From Lytechinus pictus (taxonomy: Eukaryota): DNA of 64,000 nt. Position 1 is the stretch's first letter, and every line of letters begins with the position of its first letter. Location of the stretch: positions 1,612,001 through 1,676,000 of the forward strand of contig NC_087261.1 in NCBI RefSeq assembly GCF_037042905.1. The letters are read 5' to 3'. Shown here piece after piece: positions 50,899 through 64,000 of the stretch. The notes below the pieces were generated by a model. It ran no database searches and was not told where the DNA came from. It saw only the letters and a list, made by a program, of their open reading frames with translations. Both the position numbers and the translations under genes were made by a program.

Positions 50899-51480
50899 AG
50901 GGGAATGAAACCTTTGGAACAAGTGAGTGGGATTGTGTAGAAAAAAGAATAAGATCAAAGAAAGTTTGAAAAATCGGGCAAAATAACCAAAAAGTTATAA
51001 GCATTTGGATATTGCGATCACTTATACCATGGAGATCCTCTCGATGGCAATGCGACAAAGATGTGTGATATCACATGGGAACAACTTTCCCTTTGATGAA
51101 CTGTAAATTGCCCCCAGAATGTCTCTTTTTCCTCTACCTTATGCTGATACAAACTCTTAACCCAAATTGTATTTTTTTTTTAATCTGTATTACATGCCCT
51201 CCTATAGAAAGAATACATGATCTACTGATAAATGTGATAAAAGAGGCAATGTCAGTGAAATATGATTATACAAAAGTGATGGCAAAGTTGTTCACATGTG
51301 TCATCGCACATCTTTGTCGCATTGCCAATCGGTAGATCTACATTACAATAATGATCTAAACTTCAAATGCTCATAACTTTCTTTGTTATTTATCAAATTT
51401 TTCTCAAGCTTTCGTTGATTTGTTTCTTAGATTTTTCTGTTTTCGCACAAGCTATCTTATTTCAAAAGTTTTATTTTGTT
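50899..51480. mobile_element. TTAA-target palindromic MITE
   Basis: TTAA|aggggaatgaaacctttggaac. ggcaatgcgacaaagatgtgtgatatcacatg is mirrored by catgtgtcatcgcacatctttgtcgcattgcc. Confidence 0.75.
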
Positions 51481-52039
51481 TTAAAAGAAATATGTTGCCT
51501 ACAATGTACAACGTCCTTATTTTGAGCTAGACCTGGCATGCCAGGGGAAGTCCCCTAAGTTGTAACAAATAAAAGCTAAATCAGCTGGAAAGGAAACTCT
51601 ATGAATACAACACGACGGAAGTTTTGCCATAGTCTCTGGCGACTTTCACACGCCCCTAAAGGTCAAATTTCATTAATAACGGATTTAAAACAAGAAAGTT
51701 ATGACATTTCAGAGTTTAACTTATGTTTCACAAAAGCAGTTTATGGTTATATGCACAACTCAGTGATATGCAAATGAATGGGTCGATGATGTCCCTCACT
51801 CACTATTCATTTTGTTTTTTATTGTTTAAATTATACAACATTTCATTTTTTTACAGATTTGCAAAGAAGAACCAAATAGACTGAACCACAAAATGTATTT
51901 AAAAAATTGGTAATTCCACATGTGCAGGGAGAAATAAAACTTTGTTTTATATGACAATGAGGAGTTATATTTCATATTCTATAATAAATAAAATACAAAA
52001 GAAATAGTGATTGGGTGATGTCATCAGTTCCCTCATTTA

Positions 52040-52640
52040 TGGAGATGGAGTGAGAGTCAAGGTGCTTCATCACTGACGACACAACTATGTGCTCCAGTGT
52101 CTTGGAGATTATACTGGTTAAAGAGATAGGACGGTAATTTTCAGCTAACGTCTTGTCGCCTTTCTTGAAGACCGGAGCTATATGCGCTTTTTCCCAATCC
52201 TTTGGAAGAACTCCAGATTTCAATGATTGGTTGAAGATGAAGGTGAGAATAGGACTTACTTCTGAGGCCGTCTCTTTCAAAAGGATGGCTGGGATGTTAT
52301 CCGGACCAGTGGCTTTGGATGCATCTAGTCCCCTCAGAAGCTTCTCAACACCATTGACATGGACTGAAATGTCTTCCATTGATGAATATCGAGAAGGAAG
52401 GATGTTAGGCAGAAGGACATTGTCCGGTTCTGTAGTGAAAACCGATTCAAACTGACGACTAAGGATGTCTGCCTTTTCTTGGCTGCAAGATTTCAGGCAT
52501 CCTTCAGAAAGGAGTTGCTGAATACCTGTGGAGTCTTGCCTAAGTCTTTTAACATATTGATAAAAGGCTTTTGGTTTTTCTCTTAGGCTTGGACCAATGA
52601 CGTCATTAAGGTACTCCCATCTCGCGGAGCGAAGGGACAT
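52040..52640 (-). mobile_element. LINE (CR1-like) ORF2 fragment, tether region and start of RT
   Basis: KAFYQYVK, KADILSRQFESVF, KATGPDNIP, PVFKKGDK, NYRPISLTS. Confidence 0.9.
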
Positions 52641-52815
52641 TCAGTGTAATGCTTGTTCGAATTTTCTCTTTTTACACAAATCAACTTTTTTGGGGGGTGG
52701 GCTCTAATATTGCGACTGTTTGGATCGCGATCGCAATAGATATCGCATTATCCCCAAATGTTCGTTGTTGTTACCTTTTCTGTCATTTGTTTGTTTCCTT
52801 TTTTCCTCTGTCTCG

Positions 52816-52818
52816 CTC

Positions 52819-52858
<40 letters not shown>
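52816..52858. repeat. (CT)n microsatellite
   Basis: Directly visible. Confidence 0.95.
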
Positions 52859-52860
<2 letters not shown>

Positions 52861-53008
52861 TTATGTGTATGACTGTTCTGTCTATTCTCCTGTTTGTCCT
52901 TGTTATTAGTGTGTTAGTTTGTTCAGCTTCAGTGTCTGATTATGTACGAGGGGGGGGGGATCCTAGGAAGGGAGAACGCATAATAATACATTCATTCAGT
53001 TTACTTAG

Positions 53009-54090
53009 CAGTCAGTCCGCAAGCCCTGAAAAAGTAGCTTCTTTTATCCAAGTGATATTCATGACTAGAGGGTTTTTGCATAGTTAATGAGCTTGGTGCG
53101 AACCAAAACACCTCTTTTTATTCGGCCATTGCTGCCCTAAATATTGACCAAAATTCATGTTTTTGGTATCTTTGTAAAGAAGAAGAATAATTCTTTCAGG
53201 TCATGTGTTTGGATTTTAAAAAAATGTTGTAATATAGGAAAAACTTTTGATCTAAAACATGAAACAAAATAATTTTTTCATGCAACAAAAGGTGTTGTTT
53301 TCACACTTAATTTCTGTTTGGGCACAAATGATTTTTAGATCATGATAAAGCTGAAGATCTAAGCTTTAATATGATATAATTTTTATAAGAAGATGTATTT
53401 CAGATGGGTCAGCAGCCAGCTTTTCATAGGCCAAGTACATTTTGCAGCTCAAAAACAAGAATACTGCGCTCTGATTGGTCATAGAGAACACACACCCACG
53501 CAAATTCCAATGTTCCCCACACTGGGCCTCTGCAAGGTCACACTCACCATGTGGTAATCTCTTCAAATTACCCGCGCCTGTTTGTTTTGAAAACAGTATT
53601 CAGCCAATCAGAACCCTCGATTTTATGTTACTCAGAAATTTCAGAAATCTCGTCTTGCATCTTGATGGAAAAAGCTGGCTGCTGACCCATCTAAAAGATG
53701 CCACATATCAAGAGTGACATTGTAAGAAGGTATAGAGTTTGAGCTTTCTGATGATATAAATAATGTTGGTGCCTAAAACACAAAATGTTGCACAATTTGC
53801 AAGTGAAAACAGAGGAAGAAAATTATGTTTGATGCATCTTTTCAGGTAAAAAATTCACTTATTTATCAAAATATTTCATTCAAAAGAAATGACCAATATA
53901 AAAGAGTAACATTTACTCTTGCCTATAATACAAAAATAATCAATATTACTCAAGAAGAAAGTGGTTAAATTCTTTGAGAAAGAAAGTCTCACAATTCACG
54001 AGATTTTGCAGGGACATGAATTCAGCCACGAGAGGACTTGGATAAATCTTGCTCATTTGCTCATTAACACAGGGGCTTGCGGACTGACTG
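53009..54090. mobile_element. Non-autonomous TIR element with 18-bp perfect TIRs and 3-bp TSD (TAG)
   Basis: TAG|cagtcagtccgcaagccc ... gggcttgcggactgactg|TAG. Internal inverted pair agatgggtcagcagccagctttt / aaaagctggctgctgacccatct. Confidence 0.85.
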
Positions 54091-56077
54091 TAGCTGTTAA
54101 AGTTATGTCATATTTTCTAATTGCTTTAGCTGCATAGAGTAGTCGCTGAAAATTTTATATTTTGTATGATTTTGGATTATGTCTCTGTCCTGAACAATTT
54201 ATCTGCATGATTATTTTCCTGTTGTCTTTTATGTTATTTGATCTTGTGGATTCACAGTTGCCATTTTTGTATTGTTATTTATGATATTTTCTAGATCAGG
54301 TATGTAAGAATTCCATTTGAAGTGAATGAATGATAAAGATTATTTTTAAACAAAAAAAAACCATTTGCATATTGGTAATAACCATTTGAATTAGACTGAT
54401 GCGTATTTTTATTTTGGTGAAGCAATGTTGAAATTATGACATTTTCTCGATTTGTCCCCGTGCAACATAAATAGGGCCATGTGTGTTGGGGTCTCCGCTC
54501 TTCCGTTTGCAGTGCCAAGCTAAACTTCGAAGTTCAAAAGTATTCAAACATGTGTCAAATCTACGTTACCACTTCCTTTTAATAATAGCTTGGGTGAATT
54601 ATCAATCGTTTAACCCTGTGCTAAAATTTGTGTTTTTCACTAAGGTCGGAAACAGATATATGGCAACAAAAACATGACACTTAAAACCTTCCTAGTAGAA
54701 CATATTCTTTCATCTAAATCAACTGCTATCAGACTAAACAGGGATTCGGTTAGTTATGAAAGTGTAAGTTTCGCTTGATTAAATAAAAGTTAATATGTGC
54801 ATTTCCTGGTCGGTATGTAAATGAAGGGGCCGGTGACACCACCCACTCACTATTTCTCTTGTATTTCATTACATGAATTAGAAAATATGGTAATATTAAT
54901 CCTTATTGTCATGTGAAAATGTGGAATTACCATTGGTTTAACATGTTATGGTTCAATCATGGAAAATCGTCAAACCTGTTTCACAAGAAACCTTTATGAG
55001 CGTGTAATTGAAATGTACGTATTAGCTATTGAGTGATCTCAATTCAATTTGGCCAAGATAACATCTACTTGCTGGACATGCTTGTTTACATTAATACAGC
55101 TTTTCTTAAACAATATGATCATTCTAAAGCGCTGCTTTTTACACCTTGTTTAGAATCGCTCTGTATACTCGGCAATTCAAGGTGTACATGTCTTGTGATC
55201 ATTTTTACCTTTTTTAATTTTGTTTTCATAAGAAATATAAAACAGATGGTACTTCCATTAGAATACTGAATGCACTAGCGTACTGTTAAGGGGAAAGATA
55301 AGCTGTATTTATGTACACACATCGTGACTTTAAATATTCATGATAACTATGTAAACGTTTCGATTATTTTTTTACTTGTAATTTGCAGGTTACAGGCTTA
55401 TATGAAATATCACTCCTATAATCGGTGATATACACGATTGACATGTTGAGAACCTGAGATTCTCTTATATTCTTTTCAGAAAAAAACTGAATAAATTTCT
55501 CTGTTATCGAATGAACTAAAAAAAAAAATTATGGTATTGCTTTTCCATAAATGCTTGTTTCTTCACTGTCATAATATACGTTATGCTGATATGACTAGTG
55601 TGTACTTGTTTTGAGATATCACTCCCAAATATTGTTCTGAAGTTTTCTTTGCCAAACATATCCACCTCTGTTTCTAATGAGGAAAAGAATGTTGCTAACA
55701 TTATACGCTTACATGCCATACACTGCATGATTGAATCTATGCGAAAAAACAATAATTTTACTCTTTCTTCTTCAATCTTGCCAGTTATTTCTTCTTTTTT
55801 TTTTTGCCAGGATAAACTTGCATATGTCTTTTTTTTTTCTCCATGCTATAAACATGCTAATGGACGCAAAATAACTCTCATTCTATTTGTATGGAAAAAG
55901 AAAAAAAGTCCTTTATAATTCTCTTAAAAGTTGCTTCCAAAAATATACTAAAACATATCTAAAATATTACAACTTCTTGTATATTTTCTCCAATGAAAGA
56001 GATCTCACTTTGTATTATTGTTTATGACCATCCAACTTCAATTCTGTCGAATTAACACGATTTTTATTTTCATTGCA

Positions 56078-56322
56078 ACTAAAATCACCTCCTCAAACAG
56101 TTCAGTGCAATGAATACAGTGGAATGCCTATGCAAATGATCATCGCTTATACAATTCAAACAGTTCAATGTCCTGCAGAGAACTGATTTTTTTTTCTAAT
56201 TGCAAGTAAAATCACCTTCCCAAACAGTTCAACACAATGAATATATATAGTGGAATGCCTATGCAAATGGTCATCGCTTATTCGATTCAAACAGTTCAAA
56301 GTCTTGCACTGAACTGATTTTG
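56078..56322. repeat. Tandem duplication of about 128 bp
   Basis: taaaatcacct..caaacagttca...gtggaatgcctatgcaaatg.tcatcgctta...ttcaaacagttcaa occurs twice. Confidence 0.85.
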
Positions 56323-57538
56323 TATACAATGTCATTATCATTTATTTGGTTTGTCTGTACACTCTTGTCAAACTTGCAAGTAATTTAAATTACATGTAAA
56401 TGAGTGTTAATAGAACAGGTTGCATTGCAAGCAAACATCTACATTATTCCAAGTGCACTATTGTATTTTAACAACACCTTGTCCCTTTTCGGATTTAATT
56501 GTGGCATCTTATTTGGTCTTTATGCCTTGTTTGATTGTTTGAAACAGAAAAATTCCAGCATAAACAGATAAATGAGGATCCCATATAATCATGTTTCCGA
56601 CACATCACATATTGTCTACTGTGTTTACCATGCACTATAACTGCATTCTTTCGTATATCTTTCATCATTCCAAAGCAAACATTTAGAGTGTTTCAATTAT
56701 GGTCTGACATAAATACCTTTTTGTAGTTATATTGCATTCATTGATCAATTAGAATTGAATAGAATTGAATCGGTTATAAAGTATACGTATAGGTGTATCG
56801 GAATTCCATGTAAATGAGGATCTTTTTGCTCCTTCAACGACTTTTTTAAATCACTATTTGTATAACAATTGAGACGTTGTTATGTATATTGTTATGTATA
56901 AATTTGATCTCGTACTTTTTTTTATTCACAGCAATGCCTGTATTGCCCTATTACATTCTCAATCATTCATGGCTTGCTGACATAGAAGTAAATGCTTTTC
57001 TATATGCATTCCAATCCCATTCACAGTTCGATGGCAATTTCCTATTTTTTTTCTTTCTAACTCTGAGAGGCAAGAAAGTTTCTATTCAAATTGAAGACGC
57101 CTGTTTATTCATGAACAATCACATTTTGCTCTTGATTATTGTATTTGTTGGAGTTTATGACTCTATAGATAGACTATCCCCTATTCACTGTATATACATA
57201 TAGATATACCTTTGCAGAAGATATGCCCGCGGTTAGTGAATAATAGAATAATGTAAAGCACGTTAATCATTTAAGGCACTATGATGTAATGAAATCGCCA
57301 TACTGTCTGGGAAAAAAAAAATCTTTATTACCAGCTGTTAATTGTATTAAAAGGTTTAAAAAGTCATTTCAATTTCATATTATCTTTAAAACTTATTTTA
57401 CCAAACATTGGACAAAGATATATCAATATTTTCAAAGATCCATCATATAATTTATTTTAATGACAATGATGTAAGCACTAGCCCGAGTCTGTCAGATCGT
57501 CACACGTATATAAGTGAACATGTATAACACTTTCTTCA

Positions 57539-57758
57539 ATGCTTCTGGCATACACATTTACTTGCACTCACATGCACCATGCACCTCGGTTACTTCTTCA
57601 ACGATTGCAACCAAAATCCTATTTATTCTCTTTCAATAGAGCAGATATATTAAACGGTGAAACCTTTTCTCCCCAGTGTAAATATTATACAGCCAGTGAA
57701 TTTAATAAGGCTTTTCATAAAGTAGCTCAAAGTGATATTCCCGACTACTTTAGTTTAA
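57539..57758 (+). mobile_element. 5' piece of LINE ORF2 (region preceding the endonuclease), continuing at 58674-58685 and from 63068
   Basis: SPQCKYYTASEFNKAFHKVAQSDIPDYFSL, cut at a TTAA by a MITE. Confidence 0.65.
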
Positions 57759-58669
57759 GGACGTTCCACAGTTAAATTGAAATCCATGTCATTTTCACCA
57801 AACTTTGCACATAGATACTTTAGAACCTTAATATTCGAAATATGCAAAAATTAACATAGGTCCATGTGCTTGATTCTTTGCTGTAGAGCTTCAAAGTTCA
57901 CCCAAATTGATGTTCTCAAAAATTGCGCATTCAAAAGAATTTGCCATTTTTAGACCGCCCAAGATTACTACAATGAGTTTAAACCTCTATTACTCAGTCA
58001 AAATACATGAAAAAGTCATAAAATTTCACAAGAGAGTTAATAATTGTATCGTTAGAATGGAGAATCTATTTATAGTGCTATTTGTTTGCAATTTTAAGTT
58101 TAACAGCACTGTCAGTTCTTAAAAATGGCGTAAAAGATTAACAAGATCCCAATCTAAAAAAAATTTCAGTAGCAAACTACAAACGTACAGTAAATGATGC
58201 ACTTTATTCAAAATCCATGTCATTTTCACCGAAATTTGCAGAGTTGTAGAGGAAGGTATACATAAGAGGTACAAACATTAAAAAATAGGGGTTCATGTGC
58301 TTAGTTTTAAACTATCAGCATTTTTATTAGGGCAAATAATGCTTTTTAAAACACCAAAAATGCGCCGAATGCTTAGTATCTATGTGAAGAAAAAATCAAA
58401 ACCACTCTACCATTTATTCAAACTCGGGGTAATATTCGTGATTCTTGGCAGCACTGCAAAGTAAAGTATTTTGAAATTGTAGAGAATATTTTTTTGAATG
58501 GTCCATGGAATAATTCAATTTTTTAGCTTCATGAAATAACGCATCGGGTCTGCAGTTAAAGTGCAGAAGATGGGAAAAATCAGCTCATACCCGCAGCTTG
58601 TGACGTCAGCGCGCAGAGTGTAAACTATGCGCAGATCATAATGCGCACAAACATAACTGTGGAACGTCC
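57759..58669. mobile_element. TTAA-target non-autonomous element (Kolobok-type) with 16-bp perfect TIRs
   Basis: TTAA|ggacgttccacagtta ... taactgtggaacgtcc|TTAA; internal direct repeat aaatccatgtcattttcacc. Confidence 0.9.
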
Positions 58670-61600
58670 TTAATGCATTTAAATATGTGTGGCGTCGCGC
58701 GAAAACCAGACTATTGGTGAGAGACAATAAATGCGCTAGGACGTCATTTAAATACGCGTGTCATCAAACTTTTGTCTGGCGCGCGTCGCGAGGAAAAACA
58801 AAACAAACAACCCGCGGGGGAAAAAAATGTCAGGCGCATTTTTATTTTTCAGGACTGTGGATATCGGCTCGATATATTTGGTGGCGGATTCGGATATATG
58901 TTGATTGGATTTAATTCCTTTGGCTGAAATCCATGAAGGTAAGTTAAATTATGTTGCAGATTGAGTTGTTTTGTTAAATTAATTGATAATTGCGATGCGA
59001 GGAACATGGCAACTAAACACGTGAATGTGAATTTTGTGTTGCGTGTTTATGTGGATCGATCGAGAGAGAGCTTTTTTAGGAACGACTTTAAACGTCAAAT
59101 TACATGCGACTGCTGCAGCGATTCGCGGTATTTGTCCGGGACTTTGACGGCCTTTTTAAGATCTAACTTATGTCTGCCTATGCTATCAACTAGATCTAGA
59201 TATGCACCTACTTAGAAAAGCCTTCGTTACATACTTGTAACAATTTAAGATAAATCTATCACATGCAACAAGTTTGTAAAAAATGTATATTAAAAAAAAA
59301 ATCAAAATTGGACAAGGAGTGATAATTTAAAGATATGGATTTCGGTGAAACAGTTCTATGCATGTTTTTATGAATTTACTTGACAAACTGATGCAAAGAT
59401 GTCTCACCTTGTTACATGAAATTTTGTTTGTTCTATTCCCCCCCCCCTCCCCCTCCAAGACTAGATAATAATTAATGCAAAAGGGTGACATATCATTCAC
59501 ACACGTATGACCAAATAAAATAAGTATGATTTCATGTTTTTGATATAAGACAAGTTAAAGTGAGGTGTCATCATCATCCCATCTAACGAATATTTATTAA
59601 GACGTGCATATAACTGTTTTTATAATGCATGAAAACCCCTTTTACTTTAGATCAAGTTGTTATCAGATTTTGATGAAATTTGCAGCATTTGCTTACATTT
59701 GATGAAATTATTTTCAGCTCGGAGTACCCTTTTAAATCGGTTAATTATGGACATTTTTCAAATCCCCTCTCCTAACAAATTCTTATTTGTCGGACTTCGG
59801 ATTTTAAATTTGGTTTTTTTTTCGGAGGGAGTGGGGTCCATTTGGTATGAGGTTCACCAAAGCTGTGCAAATGATATCGAAATTATAACTAGAAAACAGA
59901 TTGTCACAATTTATAAGAAATTAATTAAACAATAACAATATATTTTTGGGGCGGGTGGGGGGTATTTCTTATTTTTTTCTACAATCTGGTCGAGCTACAT
60001 TACATGAGGTTCGCCAACTTTCTACACAAAATCATTCAATATATATAAAAAATGAAAAGACATATGTTTTAAAATAAAAAAAATTATTATAGTTTTAATT
60101 GTTTTTGTTTTAAGTTTTTTTCTTAATAGTGTTTTTTAATAAACTTTAACTCTGAAAATTTGTTAACTAATTGGACTTGTTTTCTTTCTTTGTGTTAAAC
60201 ATGTTAAAGGCACGGGATCTACAGAGCAACTGCATTAATGCAGTGAGGACAAGACAGAACCAACATACAGCTGACAGTAGCCCTTTAAGACTCTGATGTG
60301 GGATTCACCATTACCACAGCTTCAGGTAGCTTTCCATGCTTTATCCATATTCTATATGGAAATAGTGTGCCAGTTTTGACTTCATCATGTCAGTTGTAAG
60401 CGATTTCTCCACGAATTTGGTTAATTGCCGTTTTATAAGATATTTTTTTAAAATTAATTTTACCACTATTAGTACATGAAATCTAGAATTATGGAAAAAA
60501 TAAAAAACATAAAATGATAAAAACCATAAAAAATGAAAAAAAATATAGAATTTGGATAAAGGCTCATGCAGAGAAAGCTTTTTGCAAGTGATATATCAAA
60601 ATTAAACATTTAAATATGAACATCTCATGAATTTTGGAGGGATTTTTTTACCCAACAATAGTTTAATCTTATTATTTTTGGTAGAAAAATATGACATCAG
60701 GGAGTACTTCCACCTTTATAAGTAACATTTACACAAAGTCAAAGAGTGAAAAGTTAATGTATGTTAAATATCATGTTGTTGATAAATGTCCATGAATCAT
60801 GAAGAAATGAGAGTGTAATGTGATTGTTTTTATATATGTATTCATCAAACATGCAGATTCGAGTCATCGGAACGTGGCATTTTTAAGACTGGAACATGAA
60901 GAAAGCAAACAATGCAGAGGAAGAAAATTATCCCCTTTGGTGAACCCTGCTGACATACTCTCTCCTCAGATACTCCCAGATAAGCTATCAACTGGATTTT
61001 CCAAATAGAGGGAATATGATATATGGAAAGATCTTAGATGAGGACAAGGCACCTCGGCCCCCCCCCCCCCCCCCCCCCGGTAGGAGAGGAAATTGAACAA
61101 TGAATACATGTTTTACTTTGAATGAACAAACTCTATGAAGTTTTTCGAAAAAAAAACTTAAACTTAATTTGTAACGTTTGCTGACCCATTAGAAGGATGT
61201 CATTGTAGAAAATTTAAATGTGGTAAGTTTGCTGCTGTATTAAGAAGTTTGTGGTAATGTTAAAGACACACACTAAGGAGAGATTATCGTGTTTTATATC
61301 CTTTTTAGTGCAAATCTGGACAGTGGAGAGCGATGCACATTGCTGAGTTTTGCTAATACTGCTGCATAGAAGAGAGTAAATGTATGTAGTCTCTTCCATA
61401 TCAAGAATTAAACTCTGATGTTATTTTTTTAAAGATGTTTACAACGCATATCATTACACACGTGTACAGAGTGTAGCAGACAAAAGAAGATTATGTATTT
61501 GTGATTATTTGTTAGTTATAATAACTGTCGTTTTAATATGTGGAGCCAAGTTTTTATGCACAGTTTTATTCTTCTTTTCAAACGAAGTGACCAAAAAAAA

Positions 61601-62039
61601 ATCCTTCAGTGATCCAGATAATTTGGCAGCAATTTGTGAAATATATTTTCATGACTACCCCATCCCTAAAAAGAAACCAAATGTGGCCCATTTCATGAAA
61701 TGTTGATATGATCCCTTGCTCGAATGAAAACTACCATGAAAACAGTGAACCTTCTGCTTCCTGATACGCTAGTTCAATGAAAGTTGATATTTCATCAAGA
61801 GTTGCTGTCATATTAAATCTTTATGAAATGTAGCTCGCATCAGCTTTTCACTATTGTTTATTGCCACCGAAAAAACTTGGTTTTGCAAAATTGAATTTTG
61901 TTTGTGTTTATTTTCCAAAGCTTAAGCATGATTTTTTTTTAGATTTTACTTTGCGAGAAAGTGAAGTATGGACAAACAGCAAGGTGGTGTCTTTTTTTTT
62001 TTTGGGGGGGGGGTTATGGGCAGGGACAAATCTAGGATA

Positions 62040-62332
62040 ATAATAATAATAATAATAATAGCGGCATATTTACCCAGGGTAGCCACTTCAGTTCCGAAAA
62101 CTGTTCTCCCAGCGGGCCTAGCTGCTATTATTACCCCGGCTTTAGCACGGCTACCTTGATCGGGCGCTCGAGCATTCGAGGAATATCTTCCTACCGGGTA
62201 CCCGACCCGGCACTCGACCTCACCTGGGTCGAGTGCAGCACAATGTGGATAAATTTCTTGCTGAAGGAAATTGCGCCATGGCTGGGATTCGAACCCACGA
62301 CCCTCTGTTTCAAAGTCCGAAGACTAATCCAC
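62040..62332 (-). mobile_element. tRNA-derived SINE, same head and body as 44622-44896, 5'-truncated, different tail
   Basis: The reverse complement reads gtggattagtcttcggactttgaaacagagggtcgtgggttcgaatcccagccatggcg... and ends in (TAT)n. Confidence 0.9.
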
Positions 62333-63069
62333 AGGATGGAGGTGGGCAGGGGCTTTGGCCCCACTTTTTTCCCCCAGAACGCATGTATAAACATGTAAAA
62401 AAATTACCATTTGATTGTGATTCTTTTTGCATGGACAGCCCCTCCCATTTTCAAAAAATGTTCTGCGGCGCCTGTGGGGGTGGGCACCCCCCCCCCAAAA
62501 AAAAATGATAAGCTGCCCCCCCCCCCACAACAAAAAATCAGATGAATAATGCCACCCCATCTGCCCCTGGTCATTGGATCTGGTAACCTCCTCCCATGTT
62601 AAAACTACGCGCTATGACGAACTATATATAGTATGACAAATAGTCTCTATAAGGGTTTTTTTTTGCATGTAATGTGAGTGTGTGGGTGTGGGTTCTAGTG
62701 TGGGTGTGGTTGAATATGTAGAATAATTTGTTTTATCGTATTCGCCTAGCTGTGTATATTTGAAATTATGTCTGAACTGCAAAAGATCACCTTGCCTATG
62801 ACAGGTATGTTTGGCGTTACAAAAGCACCAACATTTCCCTATCATGAAAAGATGAATAATAAGCCCGACTACCATGACGACCCATACAGCCAGGCAGTGG
62901 GGGGGGGGGGGTACCCCTGATTCAATTGGCCATATCTCTAATTTAAATATGAATTAGACTCTAATATTTTGTGTACACATTGTACATGTGTCCAGGTACC
63001 AGAAAACATAAAAAAAACAAAATCCAAAATTTCACCTATAATACCCATTTTCCCAGGATGGCCCACAAA

Positions 63070-64000
63070 AGAAGCTTACAAAAAAACTTTGATACTTTTT
63101 GCGAATTTTTATCCACATTAAACACATTTCCATTTTCTATTATTGGTCTCACAGAGACATGGTTGCATCCAATGTCTCCTCCAATTTACAACATTGATAA
63201 TTACAACTTCCTCCATACAGATCGAAAAGTTGGTAAGGGAGGAGGTGTCGCTCTCTATGTACATAAAGATCTTAATTACAAAGTAAGACATGATATTGAA
63301 CTTCAAAATATAGAATCCTTATTCATTGAAATTTCTAACGCTAAAAATAAGAATAAAATAATCGGTGTAATCTATAGACCCCCAACCTATAATGCTGATA
63401 CATTTTTAAATGAATTGGAATCTAGTCTCGAATCAGTTTCTCGAGAAAACAAAAAAATCTATATCACGGGCGACTTTAACATTGATTTGTCCTTTCCCTA
63501 TACTACAATAGGTCAACATTTTACTAATTTATTATCATCAGTTGGATTACAACATCTCGTTAATAAACCAACTAGAATTTCTAACATATCAAATACAATA
63601 CTTGATAATATTTTTTCTAATGCACTTGATAGAAATAATAATGGAATAATATACTATGATATTTCAGACCATCTGCCTATTTTTGCAATGTATCCAAATG
63701 ATAAACGCCCTCACCAACCTAGGGACAAAGAAAACATAACCAGACGAAAAGAAACCCAACGTAATATAGAATCCCTGAAGGTAGATTTGGCTGAAGAAAA
63801 TTGGCATGATATTTACCTAGAACAAAATACAAATGACTCTTATGTAATATTCTTAAATAAACTTCTTTATTATTATGATAAAAACGTGCCATTACTAAGA
63901 GTTAAATCGAGCAAAAAGAAGAACAAACAACCGTGGGTTACACAAGGTATAATTAAATCCATATTTACTCGGAATAGACTCTATAAAATATCCATTAAAT
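63070..64000 (+). mobile_element. CR1/L2-type LINE ORF2, APE endonuclease domain; frame uninterrupted to the window edge
   Basis: My translation (absent from the ORF track): RSLQKNFD...GLTETWL...GGGVALYV...GVIYRPP...TGDFNID...KPTRI...LDNIF...ISDHLPIF...KQPWVTQGI, with no stop in about 310 codons. Confidence 0.93.

Noticed and set aside
62612-62900. Hydrophobic minus-strand ORF as a 5' exon of the SLC5 gene
   Set aside because: No SLC5 N-terminal motifs, no convincing splice sites, and it lies within the inferred 4.4-kb insertion.

Overview
AT-rich, intron-containing animal genomic DNA; the repeat families suggest an echinoderm such as a sea urchin, but that is inference. Two host genes lie on the minus strand. 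(1) A complete two-coding-exon alpha-1,3-fucosyltransferase (GT10; 4593-3836 and 2690-2177, 423 aa) that can only be assembled through a non-canonical GC-AG intron. (2) The 3' portion of an SLC5A8/SLC5A12/SLC5A6-like sodium:solute symporter: 12 phase-consistent exons from 50479 to 38105, with 5' exons not found in the window and an uncertain terminal exon. The rest is mostly nested mobile DNA: a 36-bp minisatellite split by a 1.6-kb TIR element (8-bp TSD) into two separately homogenised arrays; a CR1/L2-type LINE split by a 3.3-kb foldback element that itself carries a Harbinger-like MITE; a second LINE whose ORF2 can be re-joined in frame across two insertions; Helentron-type elements; TTAA MITEs; hAT MITEs; and two tRNA-derived SINEs with different tails. 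The most striking object is a 1.2-kb non-autonomous Transib-like element (32761-33982). Its ends carry the perfect V(D)J heptamer CACAGTG followed by nonamer-like A-tracts at 12 bp (left) and 23 bp (both ends), and it is flanked by a near-perfect 5-bp GC-rich TSD. All coordinates were read by eye and no database searches were run.
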